Below the pieces are notes generated by a model. The model had not been told where the DNA came from and searched no databases. It saw nothing but the letters and a program-made list of their open reading frames with translations. From NCBI GenBank assembly GCA_036785375.1, contig JAWMAR010000331.1, positions 1,550,001-1,614,000 of the forward strand: a DNA stretch of 64,000 nt. Direction: 5' to 3'. The first letter of the stretch is position 1. Each line of letters opens with the position of its first letter. Below, piece after piece: positions 35,199 to 46,150 of the stretch. The stretch is from Leucoraja ocellata. Lineage: Eukaryota. Both the position numbers and the translations under genes were made by a program.

Positions 35199-35568
35199 CA
35201 GTGGTTCCCAACGTGGGGCGTACGCCCCACAGGAGGGCAATTTGATTTTTAAGGGGGGCAATTGAGCGCGACTGAGGTCTGGGTCCAAATTTTCGATTTT
35301 TATTTTTTTGGATTTTCCATCAGGTAAACATATGTAGTTAATGTTTCAGATGTTATTTTGAGTAAATATTTTTTTGGGGGTAAAAAAGGTCTTTATTGTG
35401 TAGTTATTACATAATCCAAGGTATTGGCGTTTTAAACTTCTTCAGCTGAAACGGAGTTCACTTTTTAAATGATAAGAATTATATATCACCACATGGGGGG
35501 GGGGGGGGGCATCAGGATTTTAGAGGTGATTAGGTGGGGCATGGCCAAAAATAGGTTGGGAACCACTG
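35199..35568. mobile_element. hAT/Charlie-like MITE
   Basis: TIR CAGTGGTTCCCAAC / GTTGGGAACCACTG; perfect 8-bp TSD CATTAGAG. Confidence 0.92.
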
Positions 35569-36169
35569 CATTAGAGGGAAGAAAGCTGAAAGAGAGGGGC
35601 TGGACAAAGCCTCGAAATAGTTAGATATAGGTGGGGTCTGAAGAAGGGGCCAAAACGTTGCCTATCCATGTCCTTCACAGATGCTGCCTGGCCCTATTGA
35701 GTTACTCTAGCACTTTGTGTTATAAATAATTGGATACAGGTGGGGAGGTGGGCGGGGTTAATTGCCAGATAAGTGGAGTAAGTGACAAAGGCTACAAGTG
35801 AAAATGAGCGAGTCAGGAGAGACCTAGATGTTGCACGGACGCTGCCTGCTGAGTTACTCCAGCACTTTGTGTTCTACTACAGTGAAATTCAAATAGCACT
35901 TTTCCGTGACATTCACATCTAATCAAGTCCTGACATACAAATGTAGGGGGAAGCGGTGGAAGCAAGGAGGTTTACCAGCGAAAGTGTGGGAGCAGAGCAG
36001 TAGAGGCGTGGTCTGAGGGGGCGTTTCGTGTGTGTGTATAAGTCGGTCTAGTCTAGGTGGGTGAAGTCTGGGCAAGGGCCAGATCACAGATGCTGAGACT
36101 GTGGTTACTGTAAAGGTGCAAAGTTGTGGTGCAGTGACTAGCGGTGAAGTTCACAGCAGCTGTGAAGCC

Positions 36170-36430
36170 GGCTGCAGGCAGGCGCGGTGGTGTTGCAGGC
36201 TGTGTGTGTATTGTGGAGGGATGCGGGCGGTGCGAGGCGCCGCGATGCGCTGCCTGCTGCCCGGGCTGCTCTGCTGGCTGCTGCCGGCGAGCGCGAGGCG
36301 GCCCGGGGACACCGGGAACACCGCCGCCGCCCACAGCGTCTCCCGGGCCCGCTGCACCTCGCGCTGCCTCACGCTGCACATCGCGCAGCTCAGCGCCAGC
36401 TTCAGGAGTCTGCAGGTAAGACCGGTGCCT
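36170..36430. promoter_or_regulatory. Small CpG island over the first exon
   Basis: Dense CG dinucleotides in non-repetitive sequence against a CpG-poor background. Confidence 0.7.
36221..36415 (+). CDS. anos1: Anosmin-1 (KAL1) family gene, coding exon 1 (signal peptide and start of the Cys-rich box)
   Basis: MRAVRGAAMRCLLPGLLCWLLPASARR...SVSRARCTSRCLTLHIAQLSASFRSLQ resembles human ANOS1 [27 protein letters not shown] (from memory); ends at a phase-0 CAG|GTAAG donor; alternative ATG at 36245. Confidence 0.9.
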
Positions 36431-36439
36431 GCACCTGTA

Positions 36440-36660
36440 TAGGGGTGAGGGGAGACATGCAGCTGGGGAGAGGTGAGAGGAAACATGCACCTGGGGAAGA
36501 TCTGCATCTGGGGAGAGGTGGGGGGGAGGCATGTACCTGGTAGAGGTGAGGAGACACATGCACCTGGGGAGAGGTGAGGGGAGTCCTGGACCTGGAGGAG
36601 CAGAGGAGTGTGGTGCATCTAGGGGTGGGTGGAGGGGGACCTGCAACAGGGGAGAGTAAG
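36440..36660. repeat. G-rich degenerate minisatellite at the start of intron 1
   Basis: Repeated CATGCACCTGGGGAGAGGTGAGG(A/G)GA-like units of about 27 bp. Confidence 0.7.
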
Positions 36661-37514
36661 GTGAATCCTTGTATTTGGGTACAGGAATGGGAATCCCTCA
36701 ATCTATGGAGGGGAAAAGGGTAATCCCGGATCTGGGGATAGGAGGGGAAATCCTGACTCTGGGAGAGTGGAATTGGAATCGGAAAGATGGGAAGAATGTC
36801 GCTATAGAGAGGAGTGAGCAAAGGGAATGTATGGATCTAGGGAGAGAGGAGGAGGATGTCTGTGAAGAGGAAACAAATTCCTCAATCTAGGTAGTGCCAA
36901 AAAACACCAAACCATCAAACACCAAAACTGATGGGAAGTAATAGGTAAATCCCCGGACCTTGCAAAAGGAAGGGAAGGATTCGGTGAATGCGGAAAGAAG
37001 AAGGTATCCCAGATTCTGTGGAGGAAGCAAGATGCTATGTATTATGGAAAGCACAAATCCTTGGATCTAAACAAGTATTAAGAAGAAGTACAATGTATTT
37101 CGTTGTCTCTGTACTGTACACTGACAATGACAATTAAATTGAATCTGAATCTGAAGGGTCTCAACCCGTAACGTCACCCATTCTTTCTCTCCAGAGATAC
37201 TGCCTGTCCCGCTGAGTTACTCCAGCTTTTTGTGTCTATCTTCGATCTAAATAGAGAGACGAGTATAGGGGACTGTATCCTCAAATCTGGTAGGTGTGAA
37301 GGGAATTCTATTGTGAGAGAGGATGGAGTGAATCCCTATGTTTGGGTAGGGAAAAGCGAGGGATCCGTGTATCTAGGTAAGATCCTCTCTGATTTATAGA
37401 CATGGAGGAATGAGGGTCAGGAAACCGAAACATCAGAGAGAAGGGAAAGTGATTCCAGTCCTATTTAGTCACTTCTGACAGCGTAAATTGTTTTTTGCAA
37501 GACTGATTTGTGTG

Positions 37515-37645
37515 GCTCTTCCCAATATTTGTTATAGCTAAGGATCACTTAAAGTATGCAAAGAAGGACATAAAGTGGAGCCAGCTTAATCGGGTCTTGA
37601 CACAGAATTCCCACCATACACACCCTGTCCCTGGAGAATGGGAAG
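37515..37645. repeat. Left arm of a long-range inverted repeat (partner 41308-41438)
   Basis: 131 bp, roughly 85% match by eye to the reverse complement of 41308-41438. Confidence 0.85.
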
Positions 37646-37779
37646 TTAGAAATGAAATGATTGTACACAAGACTTACTGCAATGAGAAGGAAGACCATTG
37701 ATTCTGAACTTGTGGTTTGCTGAAAGATTTTATTTCACCTCAGTTAGTCACTGAATACAAAATTGCCGCAATACAAAAT

Positions 37780-38030
37780 GGCGTGGTGGTGCAGCATAGT
37801 GCCAGAGATCTGGGCTCAATCCTAATCTCGGTTGCTGTCTGTGTGGAGTGTGCACATTCTCCCTGCAACTGCATTTGTTTCCTGAGTTAAGTGGCCTTTG
37901 TAAAAAGTGATGAGTGGATGAAAAAATGGGATAGCATAGAACTAGTGTGAACAGGTGATTGATGGTCAGCATGAACACAGTGGGCCAAAGGGCCAGTTTC
38001 CTATCTCTAAACTAAACTAAAGTAAACTAA
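37780..38030 (+). mobile_element. HE1/V-SINE-like SINE
   Basis: tRNA-like head, CR1-like tail, (CTAAA)n end. Confidence 0.7.
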
Positions 38031-39410
38031 ATAATCATGTATTGTCTTTTGACTGACTGATTAGCAAACAACAAAAGCTTTTCACTGTACCTCGGTACAC
38101 ATGACAATAAACTAAACTAATTTATAAACTGAGACATTAGTAACCATTCTTAAGTGCAGAAATTGGGTTGTAATGTTACAGCTGTATTTGTGGCAATCTG
38201 CAGTGCTTTTATATTTAATTATCTGTCCAATTATAACTGTGTGGTTACTGAAAGCCTTATGAAATGTAGTGATCCATTTAAAAGTGATCTAAAGATGAAA
38301 GTTTTTCATAGTTTCTATATATTGATATGTTCTATCAGTATTTTAAACATGTATGTAAATGTAATTGGATAAGAGAGTGAGAGACATCCTGCCACAGAAA
38401 TCTAACCAAATTTTAGAAGTCATTTACATTTATTTTACAAAACTTACAAGTATACAGAAAGCGAAAGGAATCAGTTTTGTCTCAGAACTTCCACCAAATT
38501 TGTTTTAGTATTTTTTAGATTTAATATCCTGGGCACATTATCAAAAGGGAGCTTGCACCTGATGAGAAAACAACAAAGAAGACCTAATTAAATAAATCAA
38601 TCCACACCATAGAGAACTGATCAAAAAAGAATGCCGTAGTGCTTCACTACTAATGAAGTACCTTTGAACAGCGGCAACTGGTGTTTAGTGGAAAAATATG
38701 GCAAATCCCCTCAAACAGGAATGACAAATGGCCAATTAGTTCCTCAATTCAATATTTCACATGGAAATCATCAGCTCTGACAATGCAATAATTTGTAGTT
38801 ACTGCTACAATGGTACTGCACTTGTTGTCTTAGTTTGTATTCTTAAATCCAGAAATGGATTTTAATTTGCTGGATGATCCTAGCATCCTACATGCCCTGA
38901 CGGTCTGATTCTTAAAGCATCAGCTGCCACTACAGTACACCAGCTCCCAGTAACATTATGTCTTCATAGTGTAGCTGGACTTTGTTCCCAGATACTATGA
39001 CACTCTTCCTAAGGCCTCCAGAGGTAGAACCTCACCCACAGCTCTGGCACTCTGTTTTTCCTCTATGATTCTCCTGTTACAGTAATGACACATTCTGGAA
39101 TCCCCCTCATAACCGTAATTATCTGTGAACTCTTCCTGAAAACTAGACATGTTTTATGTATGTTTCCAGATATTAAATATTTCTCCCAAATCATAGAATT
39201 GGATCTGAGATCCCCAGGGATCCCAACCACATTGTTGTGTTCACAATCTCCAACAACCCCCATCTCATTCTGCATCAATTGCTGTTATCTCAAGTCTTCG
39301 CACTATGAAGTGAACTGTTCATTGTTTGCCATCTTTCTGAGTATCTTGAGCTTTCAAAATCAAAACGGGTAAACGTATGTGCTAATTCTGACCTGCCATG
39401 CTGCTCATAA

Positions 39411-39638
39411 AGGGCCTGTCCCACTTGCGTGTCCTTGACAGGCAAATTACACGACCTCGTGGTCGCGTTGAGGTGCACGGGCATCGTAGGGCCCCGCGGG
39501 GCAGGTCCCACTGAGAAGCGCGGAGGGGTATGTAGTTGTGGGCGACATCGCATGGGGCTCCAAAATTTCTGTAGCGTACAAAATCTTTGCACGGCAACGG
39601 CCTGTCGTATAACTGACGGCCAAAATGGGACAGGCCCA
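39411..39638. mobile_element. Harbinger-like MITE
   Basis: GGGCCTGTCCCA / TGGGACAGGCCC ends; TAA on the left. Confidence 0.7.
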
Positions 39639-40624
39639 AGACCCTGGCGCGACGCAACGTCTCGCCTTCAACAGCAGCAGAAGCAGGCAAACAATCACCG
39701 AACTCAGCCTGGGGCTCACGCCCGTTGCTGTCCGGATCCGCCCCCACTTCTACTCCCAGAGCGGGGTCAAGATAATGGTTTGCAGATACTGAATATGTGA
39801 TTTTAAGTTATTAAACTACACTGGGCTTTCCTGCAAAACAGTTTAAGGGATTGTTCTGCAATAAACATTTTATCGGGATATTAATTTCGCAACTAACTAA
39901 TGGCTGGCCATAAATATTTATGAGGGTTCCGTGCCATAAAATGTGTCCATTCCTACGGGATTTACAATCTGACACCATCAATAGAAAGTATGTGGTGTCC
40001 ACGCAAACTCATTGTTGGTTGGTCAGACGACCACACTGAACTATTTTTACTGACAAGATGGTAACAGTAATTAACATTTCATGGCAAGCTAATTAAAGGT
40101 TAAGACTTACACATGCAATTAAAGGAAAAAATAAATGCTAATGTAAAATTTAAAAGTTGTAAAAATAACAACTTTTTTTTCATGGAAGGCAAGGGATAAT
40201 ACCTCCCTCTTATTAAAATATTTTTCAGAGCTGGAGAGGTGATTCAGCAAAAATTATAATTTTGAACATTGTAATACTTTATTAATTTTGGATTAACATT
40301 TCAGGTTTTTTTTTTCTTTCAACAAAAATATTCCATAAAAATTGACATTAATGTCCAATGTCAGGGGTTATGGGGAGAAGGCAGGAGAATGGGGTTAGGA
40401 GGGAGAGATAGATCAGCCAGGATTGAATGGTGGAGTAGACTTGATGGGCCGAATGGCAGAGAATCACATTCGGTATCAACAAGGTTTCTACATTTAACTG
40501 CTTGGGTGATATTGAAAGTTGCTATCCATTCTCTGCAGTAATGTGGCGGCAGGTTTCTCTCATTACAACTGCAAATGTTGGGCCTTACTAGTAATTAAGG
40601 CTTACCTGCTAGTATAATTTATGT

Positions 40625-40925
40625 TATAGATACAGCATGGAAACAGGTTTTTCTGCCTGCCGAATCCACGGCAACCATTGATCACCCATTCACATTGGTT
40701 CTATGTATCCCACTTTCGCATACGCATTAGGGGCAATTTACAGTGGCCAATTAACCTACAAACCAGAACATCTTTGCCATGTTGGAGGAAACCAGAGCAC
40801 CCGGCGGAAACCCACGCAGTTACAGGGAGACCATACAAACTCCACACAGACAGCACCCAAGGTCAGAATCGAGCCCAGGTCTCTGGCTTTGGGAGACAGC
40901 AACTCTACCAGCTGTGCTACAATGC
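40625..40925 (-). mobile_element. HE1/V-SINE-like SINE
   Basis: Same family as 2115-2400. Confidence 0.75.
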
Positions 40926-40993
40926 AAACCTCAATGCCAATGTGCCCTCTATTTGTCTTCTGTGACTAGCTGAGGTAAAATAAGATCTTTCAT

Positions 40994-41240
40994 CAATAGA
41001 CAATAGGTGCAGGAGTAAGCCATTCGGCCCTTCGAGCCAGCACCGCCATTCAATGTGATCATGGCTGATCATCCCCAATCAGTACCCCATTCCTGCCTTC
41101 TCCCCATATCCCCAGACTCCGCTATTTTTAAGAGCCCTATCTAGCTCTCTTAAAGGCATCCAGAGAACCTGCCTCCACTGCCCTCTGAGGCAGAGAATTC
41201 CAGACTTACCACTCTCTGTGAGAAAAGGTGTTTCCTCGTC
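40994..41240 (-). mobile_element. CR1 3' fragment
   Basis: Antisense to the CR1 3'UTR motif GATCAGCCATGATC...GAAGGGCCGAATGG. Confidence 0.85.
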
Positions 41241-41307
41241 TCACATTCAGTATCAATGCTTGTACTTCCCACCACAGTAAGTCTGTGTTCAATCATTTAA
41301 ATTCTCC

Positions 41308-41438
41308 CTTCCCATTCTCTAGGGGAAGGGTGTGTATGGTGAGAATTCTGTGCAAAGGCCTGATTAAGCTGGCTCCACTTTATGTTCTTGTTTGTGTACT
41401 TTAAGAGCTCCCTAGCTGTAACAAATAATGGGAAGAGC
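41308..41438. repeat. Right arm of the long-range inverted repeat (partner 37515-37645)
   Basis: Reverse complement matches 37515-37645. Confidence 0.85.
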
Positions 41439-43662
41439 TAATTGAAAAGTACAATAGAATCAGTCAATTTAATCTTGAAAATAGTTAGCAACTTATGAAT
41501 AACACAACTAAAGGTGAATAAACTTGATGGTGCATTGCCTTTTTTGATAATATAACATCCTTATAGCATCTTCTTTGTCTAGGTGGGCAATAATGGACAT
41601 CTTTCACGGGCAATTAACATTCATAATTGTGTTGCTGTATATTCTAGTTCAGAAGATTAACTGAGCACTTCATGTTGCCATTAATGCTGATGAACCTCGG
41701 TGTCTTAATTTTCAATTGCTTTTCAGTAATCCTCAAAATGCTTGGGAATCTGGAATGTACTTCCAGTAATTTTAAGATGCACTAAGTCATGCTCAAATTG
41801 TACTTAAATGTATTCAATTAATTGGGGGGGGGGGGGGGGGGAGAAGCCTGTTCAATGTATTGTACTGAACAGTCTATCTGTTCATATCACTACTGCTGCT
41901 CTGAAATATTTTATAGAAATTTGAAAAATAAAACATCTTTTGCTTGTTAAAGGCTCCTCGGGAGAAACCTATGCAGAACTATGAATGAGGGAGAAAGGAT
42001 AAAAACAAAAGTGGGTACTGAACTTAAGGTCAGGTTTAAAAAAAAAGTCACTTTCATCTTATTCCATGAACAGAAAGATTCACTGAAGTGTAATGACAGT
42101 GATCTGTTTTTTTGGTGTGTTGGGGGTGGAGTGAGACTATTTGTGTGAGTGTAATAAAATAGTAAGATTAAACGAGAACTTACCAGTTTGAAGTTTGATC
42201 TGTATTTTATGAGGAGTTACGATGAGGGATTTCGTGAAGAACCCCGCTTCCACGCATGCGTGTCATTCTTCAAAGCAGCGGTGTGAGGTCACAGGAACCT
42301 ATAATGATCTAACATAGTAAGATTATCAAAGAGATACCAGTTTTTGATATGATCATAAGAGGGTGGGAGCGGAGGGCACGAAATCCCTCATCGTAACTCC
42401 TCATAAAATACAGATCAAACTTCAAACTGGTAAGTTCTCGTTTAATCTTACTATTTTACTTCGGAGTCACGTGAGTGACTTCGTGAAGATTTCAAAGCTC
42501 TGTGACCTCATGCCGTGGAACGAGTCCATGCTTCACAACTGCCTTGGGTATTGGGAGAGAGCATCATTAGTAATTTTAAAACACAATTATACAAAGAGTT
42601 GTGTGGTATAATGAAAAAATTATATAACATTTTTTAAAATTTGAGAATCATAGCCCTGTAACCTTTCGGGCAATTATTTTGTTGGACATAAAATGTCTTA
42701 ATACAAATGATGGCTCCAAAATTTAACTGGTTTATTATAAAAACCTGTGGAAAAACCCTTTTTGAATGACCATCCTGCCATTCTGAGGATTTGGTCTGAG
42801 GGTACCTGTACAAATTTTTGCTGCGGATGTTGCTGCAGCCCTGGTGGAATGAGAGTTAAAACATTAGTGTCATTTTTAGGACCTATTTGAGCCACCTAAT
42901 ATAGTTTGAGTCGTGACCCTTTCATGCGGTTTCTTTTAAGAGATAAACAACTCCATTTTCTGACCTCGAATGTTCTTAGTATATTCCATATATTGTTAGA
43001 TGTGTCTTGCTATACACCGTCGTTTGCCATATGGGTGTACCATAAATTCAAACACTTGACCTGAGGAAACCCGATCTGTTTTCTTTTATTAAATCCTGTA
43101 TGACAACACCAGTTTCTCGGTGAGATGATCAGGGAGTCCAGGCTCAGTTTGCTTAATGGCTGGACTTGTTGTGCGGTAAATAACACCATGAGCATAACCA
43201 TCATCCTGGTCTGTTACTGAAGTGACAACGCTGTTATGAGCTACAAGCTCCTCAGCATGTTGAGAAACGACACCCACGTCCCAGATTTCGGAGTACCTGG
43301 TTTTCTCACCAGGGGTGCGTTCCCACCGCTTGCCGCTCCGTTCCTTGTGATAGGTAATTGGAGAGTGCACTTGTGGCACTATTGATGGCACTGTAGCTCC
43401 ATCGATTATCATAATGGAGGCTTGTAAAAATTCCAATACGGCCAGAATGTTCTTGGCCTTTTGGTCGAGGTTGTTGTCCAAGCAGTATATGCCCCATTTC
43501 TTGATGTCCAAAGGTACTGCTTCCGTGTTGACAGTCTTAGTGCAGATGAGATGAGATTCATCGTCCTGTCTGACAGCCCAATGCCGTGCAGTGGGTCTTT
43601 AGCCTCTATAAATCCATAGTCTTATGGCATGGATGACAGCCTCCAGTCACTGGAAAATTAAT

Positions 43663-43664
<2 letters not shown>

Positions 43665-43710
<46 letters not shown>
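43665..43710. repeat. T46 homopolymer inside the DIRS-B pol remnant
   Basis: Seen directly. Confidence 0.9.
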
Positions 43711-43711
<1 letters not shown>

Positions 43712-45587
43712 GCTATGTTCAATAGGGAACATGGTTCTAAACCATCCCCTGTATGACCGAATACCATGATTTAGAAGGTCAGTCGGAACTCTGAGAATTC
43801 CAGATGCCGAGTGTAGTTGAATTATCCCTAGTACCCCATTGATGGGGCCGAACGGGGGAAAAACATCACCCTATGGCTTTGTTACATAACAATGCCAAGC
43901 TGGTTTTAGAATTTTAGTAAATAATATTGGAGCTAATGATTGCCCCTATTGTAAGCTCTATTGCCAAAGTTCCTCTTTTGAGTCAATGCCTGCCATATAG
44001 AAAACCCGCAGCTGACACCAAGTCTTATCAAGAAAAGAGAGTATCCATCTTAAAATGAATATCTAGAACAAATGTGTTTAGGGTTAAAATCAATGATAAT
44101 CCTGCAACCCTACTCTATTTATTTTTAATAAATATGTTTGATACAATTCTAATGTTCCATGAAAAGTATGCTCAATCACATCTTTTGTGTACAATTTTTG
44201 TAGACCATGTGGGTTTTAGATTGTTTGGTTTATGTAAGGACAAAATGCCCTTCTGGTGTATGTTGTACTGTGGTTATTGGAATGAGTAAATCTTATCAGA
44301 TAACCCTGAATACTGCTGAGATTATATGAATCTGTAGTGATTATATACCATACATAACTGTAGTGTTGTAACTCCCCTACCATCATAGGTCCCTATTTTA
44401 AAACAGAAGAAAACCCCACCCACCTACCTCCATGGTTACTGGTGGTTGTGTTATTTCCTTGGTTTTTTGACAAAGGAGGTTCTGGTTTGATATCTCTTGT
44501 TCGGGGTTGTGTGGGAGGTTGAGGTTCCCGCATCTTCCAGGGTGGCCGCCCTGGCCATACCCTAAAAAAGGATCCTGCGGGTTATTGATTTCTAGCACTG
44601 CCACTGGTATGAGCCACATTATTTATGGCGTTGCCTGTGGCCGGTATCATGCTCCAAAATAGGCCCTTGCGCTGGCCTTGATGAGCCCCAGTGTCTTGGC
44701 TTTGTCCACTCACGGTTCTTTGTTTGCAAATGGTAGCATTTTTTGGGGTCCCAGTGCTGGCTGAATGGCCGCCTTCCATGTGTAGTTCAGATCATATTGC
44801 ATATTACTAAACAGAGCTAGTGCGTCTAGATGGTCTTTGGTTACCTACATTTAGTCCAGGGTGCGAGTGTATTCTATGATGCCTTCCGTCAATCCCTTTA
44901 AGGTTCTCTGGATCTTGAGGTCCTGGTTCCTGATGTTCGTCCCCATATGCTGCCAAATGCATTGGTTTACACTGGGCACCCGTAATGCCTCACCGTTGCC
45001 AGGTGGCAGATGTCTGGCCAGTGTCTGTAAATTTTTTCCCTGTTGGCGTTTGTGGCCAGACATATAGTAATACTATTGCCATCCTGGATCCAAGTCTACC
45101 CATGTTTGACTTGGTTAAAGTAATCAGCCACCATGTCCAGCAGAGTCCCTGCTGTGTTAGGATCATGGGACGCTGTATTACCAGGCTCTGGCCCATCAGG
45201 GTCCTGCCTACTCTTTTTTATAGAGTTAGAGATCTCTAGGGTCCCGCACGGGGTACCCATGTGGGGCTTAACTGCTGCCCACTTGTCTTTTGTTCTGCGG
45301 ACCCCTCTTGCAAGTCAACCCAGAACTGACCCACAGTGCTCCCCTCTGATGGGGTAGAAGCATTGTGCAGCCCTCAAAGAGGTACTGCTGTGGGTTTATC
45401 ACGTTGGAGCAAGGCTCCATACACCGCTTCTTCCCGCTCCAGCCCTCTCGGGCGCTGGTTGCCGGCGGTTTTATGCAAAGTCGGACCCTTCTCAGTCCAC
45501 TACCCCCGTACTGACGGCACTGGTCCCTTGCGGTCGTTGCAGCCGGTCAACCCCACTCTAACGCCCTCAATTCTGGGCACTCCTACT

Positions 45588-45643
45588 TATATGGTCCTTA
45601 GCTAAGGAACATATAAGACATTAAAACTGATGATAACAGCTAT
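45588..45643 (-). pseudogene. U2: Second, more diverged partial U2 copy (about nt 37-90)
   Basis: TAGCTGTTATCATCAGTTTTAATGTCTTATATGTTCCTTAGCTAAGGACCATATA aligns to TATCTGTTCTTATCAGTTTAATATCTGATACGTCCCTTATCTAGGGACCATATA. Confidence 0.75.
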
Positions 45644-45653
45644 TATAGATTTT

Positions 45654-45749
45654 ATTTAATATATGGTCCCTAGATAAGGGACGTATCAGATATTAAACTG
45701 ATAAGAACAGATACTACACTTGGTCTTAGCCAAAAGGCCTAGAAGCGAT
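45654..45749 (-). pseudogene. U2: U2 snRNA 5' domain (nt 1 to about 96), embedded in DIRS-B
   Basis: Minus strand ATCGCTTCTAGGCCTTTTGGCTAAGACCAAGTGTAGTATCTGTTCTTATCAGTTTAATATCTGATACGTCCCTTATCTAGGGACCATATATTAAAT; includes the GTAGTA branch-recognition sequence and stems I, IIa, IIb; stops before the Sm site. Confidence 0.95.
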
Positions 45750-45908
45750 CATTGTAACTAAAACCCTGGTACTCACATACTGGTCCCTTGTAGTAGATTG
45801 CAGCCAGACAACTGCCAAGTCCTTTGCTGCTGAAAAATGAATTTTCTCACCGTGCTGGAGCGAAGTTGGGCACAGGTGTTTTCCTCCTCCGGGAATCGAT
45901 GTGCCCAT

Positions 45909-46150
45909 GCAGCTCCTGCCGTTGCCAGCTCCTGCCGTTGCCAGCTCCTGCCGTTGCCAGCTCCTGCCGTTGCCAGCTCCTGCCGCAACCTGCGCTCCTG
46001 CAGCTGTCAGTGCTCCTGCAGCTGCCGGCTGCCACTGCTGCTGCCCGTACTCCTGCCGCTGCCGGTACTCCTGCAGCTGCCCGTACTCCCGCAGCTGCCG
46101 GCTGCCACTGCTGCTGCTGCCGACTGCCGCTGCTGCTGCCGCTGCCGCTC
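45909..46150. repeat. 16-bp tandem repeat (GCCAGCTCCTGCCGTT, about 4.5 copies) grading into CTG/CCG-rich repeats
   Basis: Seen directly, inside the DIRS-B 5' region. Confidence 0.9.

Noticed and set aside
36030-36045. TATA box for anos1 (GTATAAG)
   Set aside because: Weak match at the end of a GT repeat; no transcription start evidence.
43665-43710. Poly(A) tail of a retrocopy
   Set aside because: No attached retroposed body or TSD; pol-like sequence continues on both sides; probably slippage or an assembly artefact.
45654-45749. Functional U2 snRNA gene
   Set aside because: Stops before the Sm site, lacks the 3' stems, has no recognisable PSE or 3' box, and lies inside a transposon.
45588-45749. 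Insertion of a U2-targeting non-LTR element (Keno/Utopia type)
   Set aside because: Only about 10 nt separate the two U2 pieces; no LINE ORF or tail is present.
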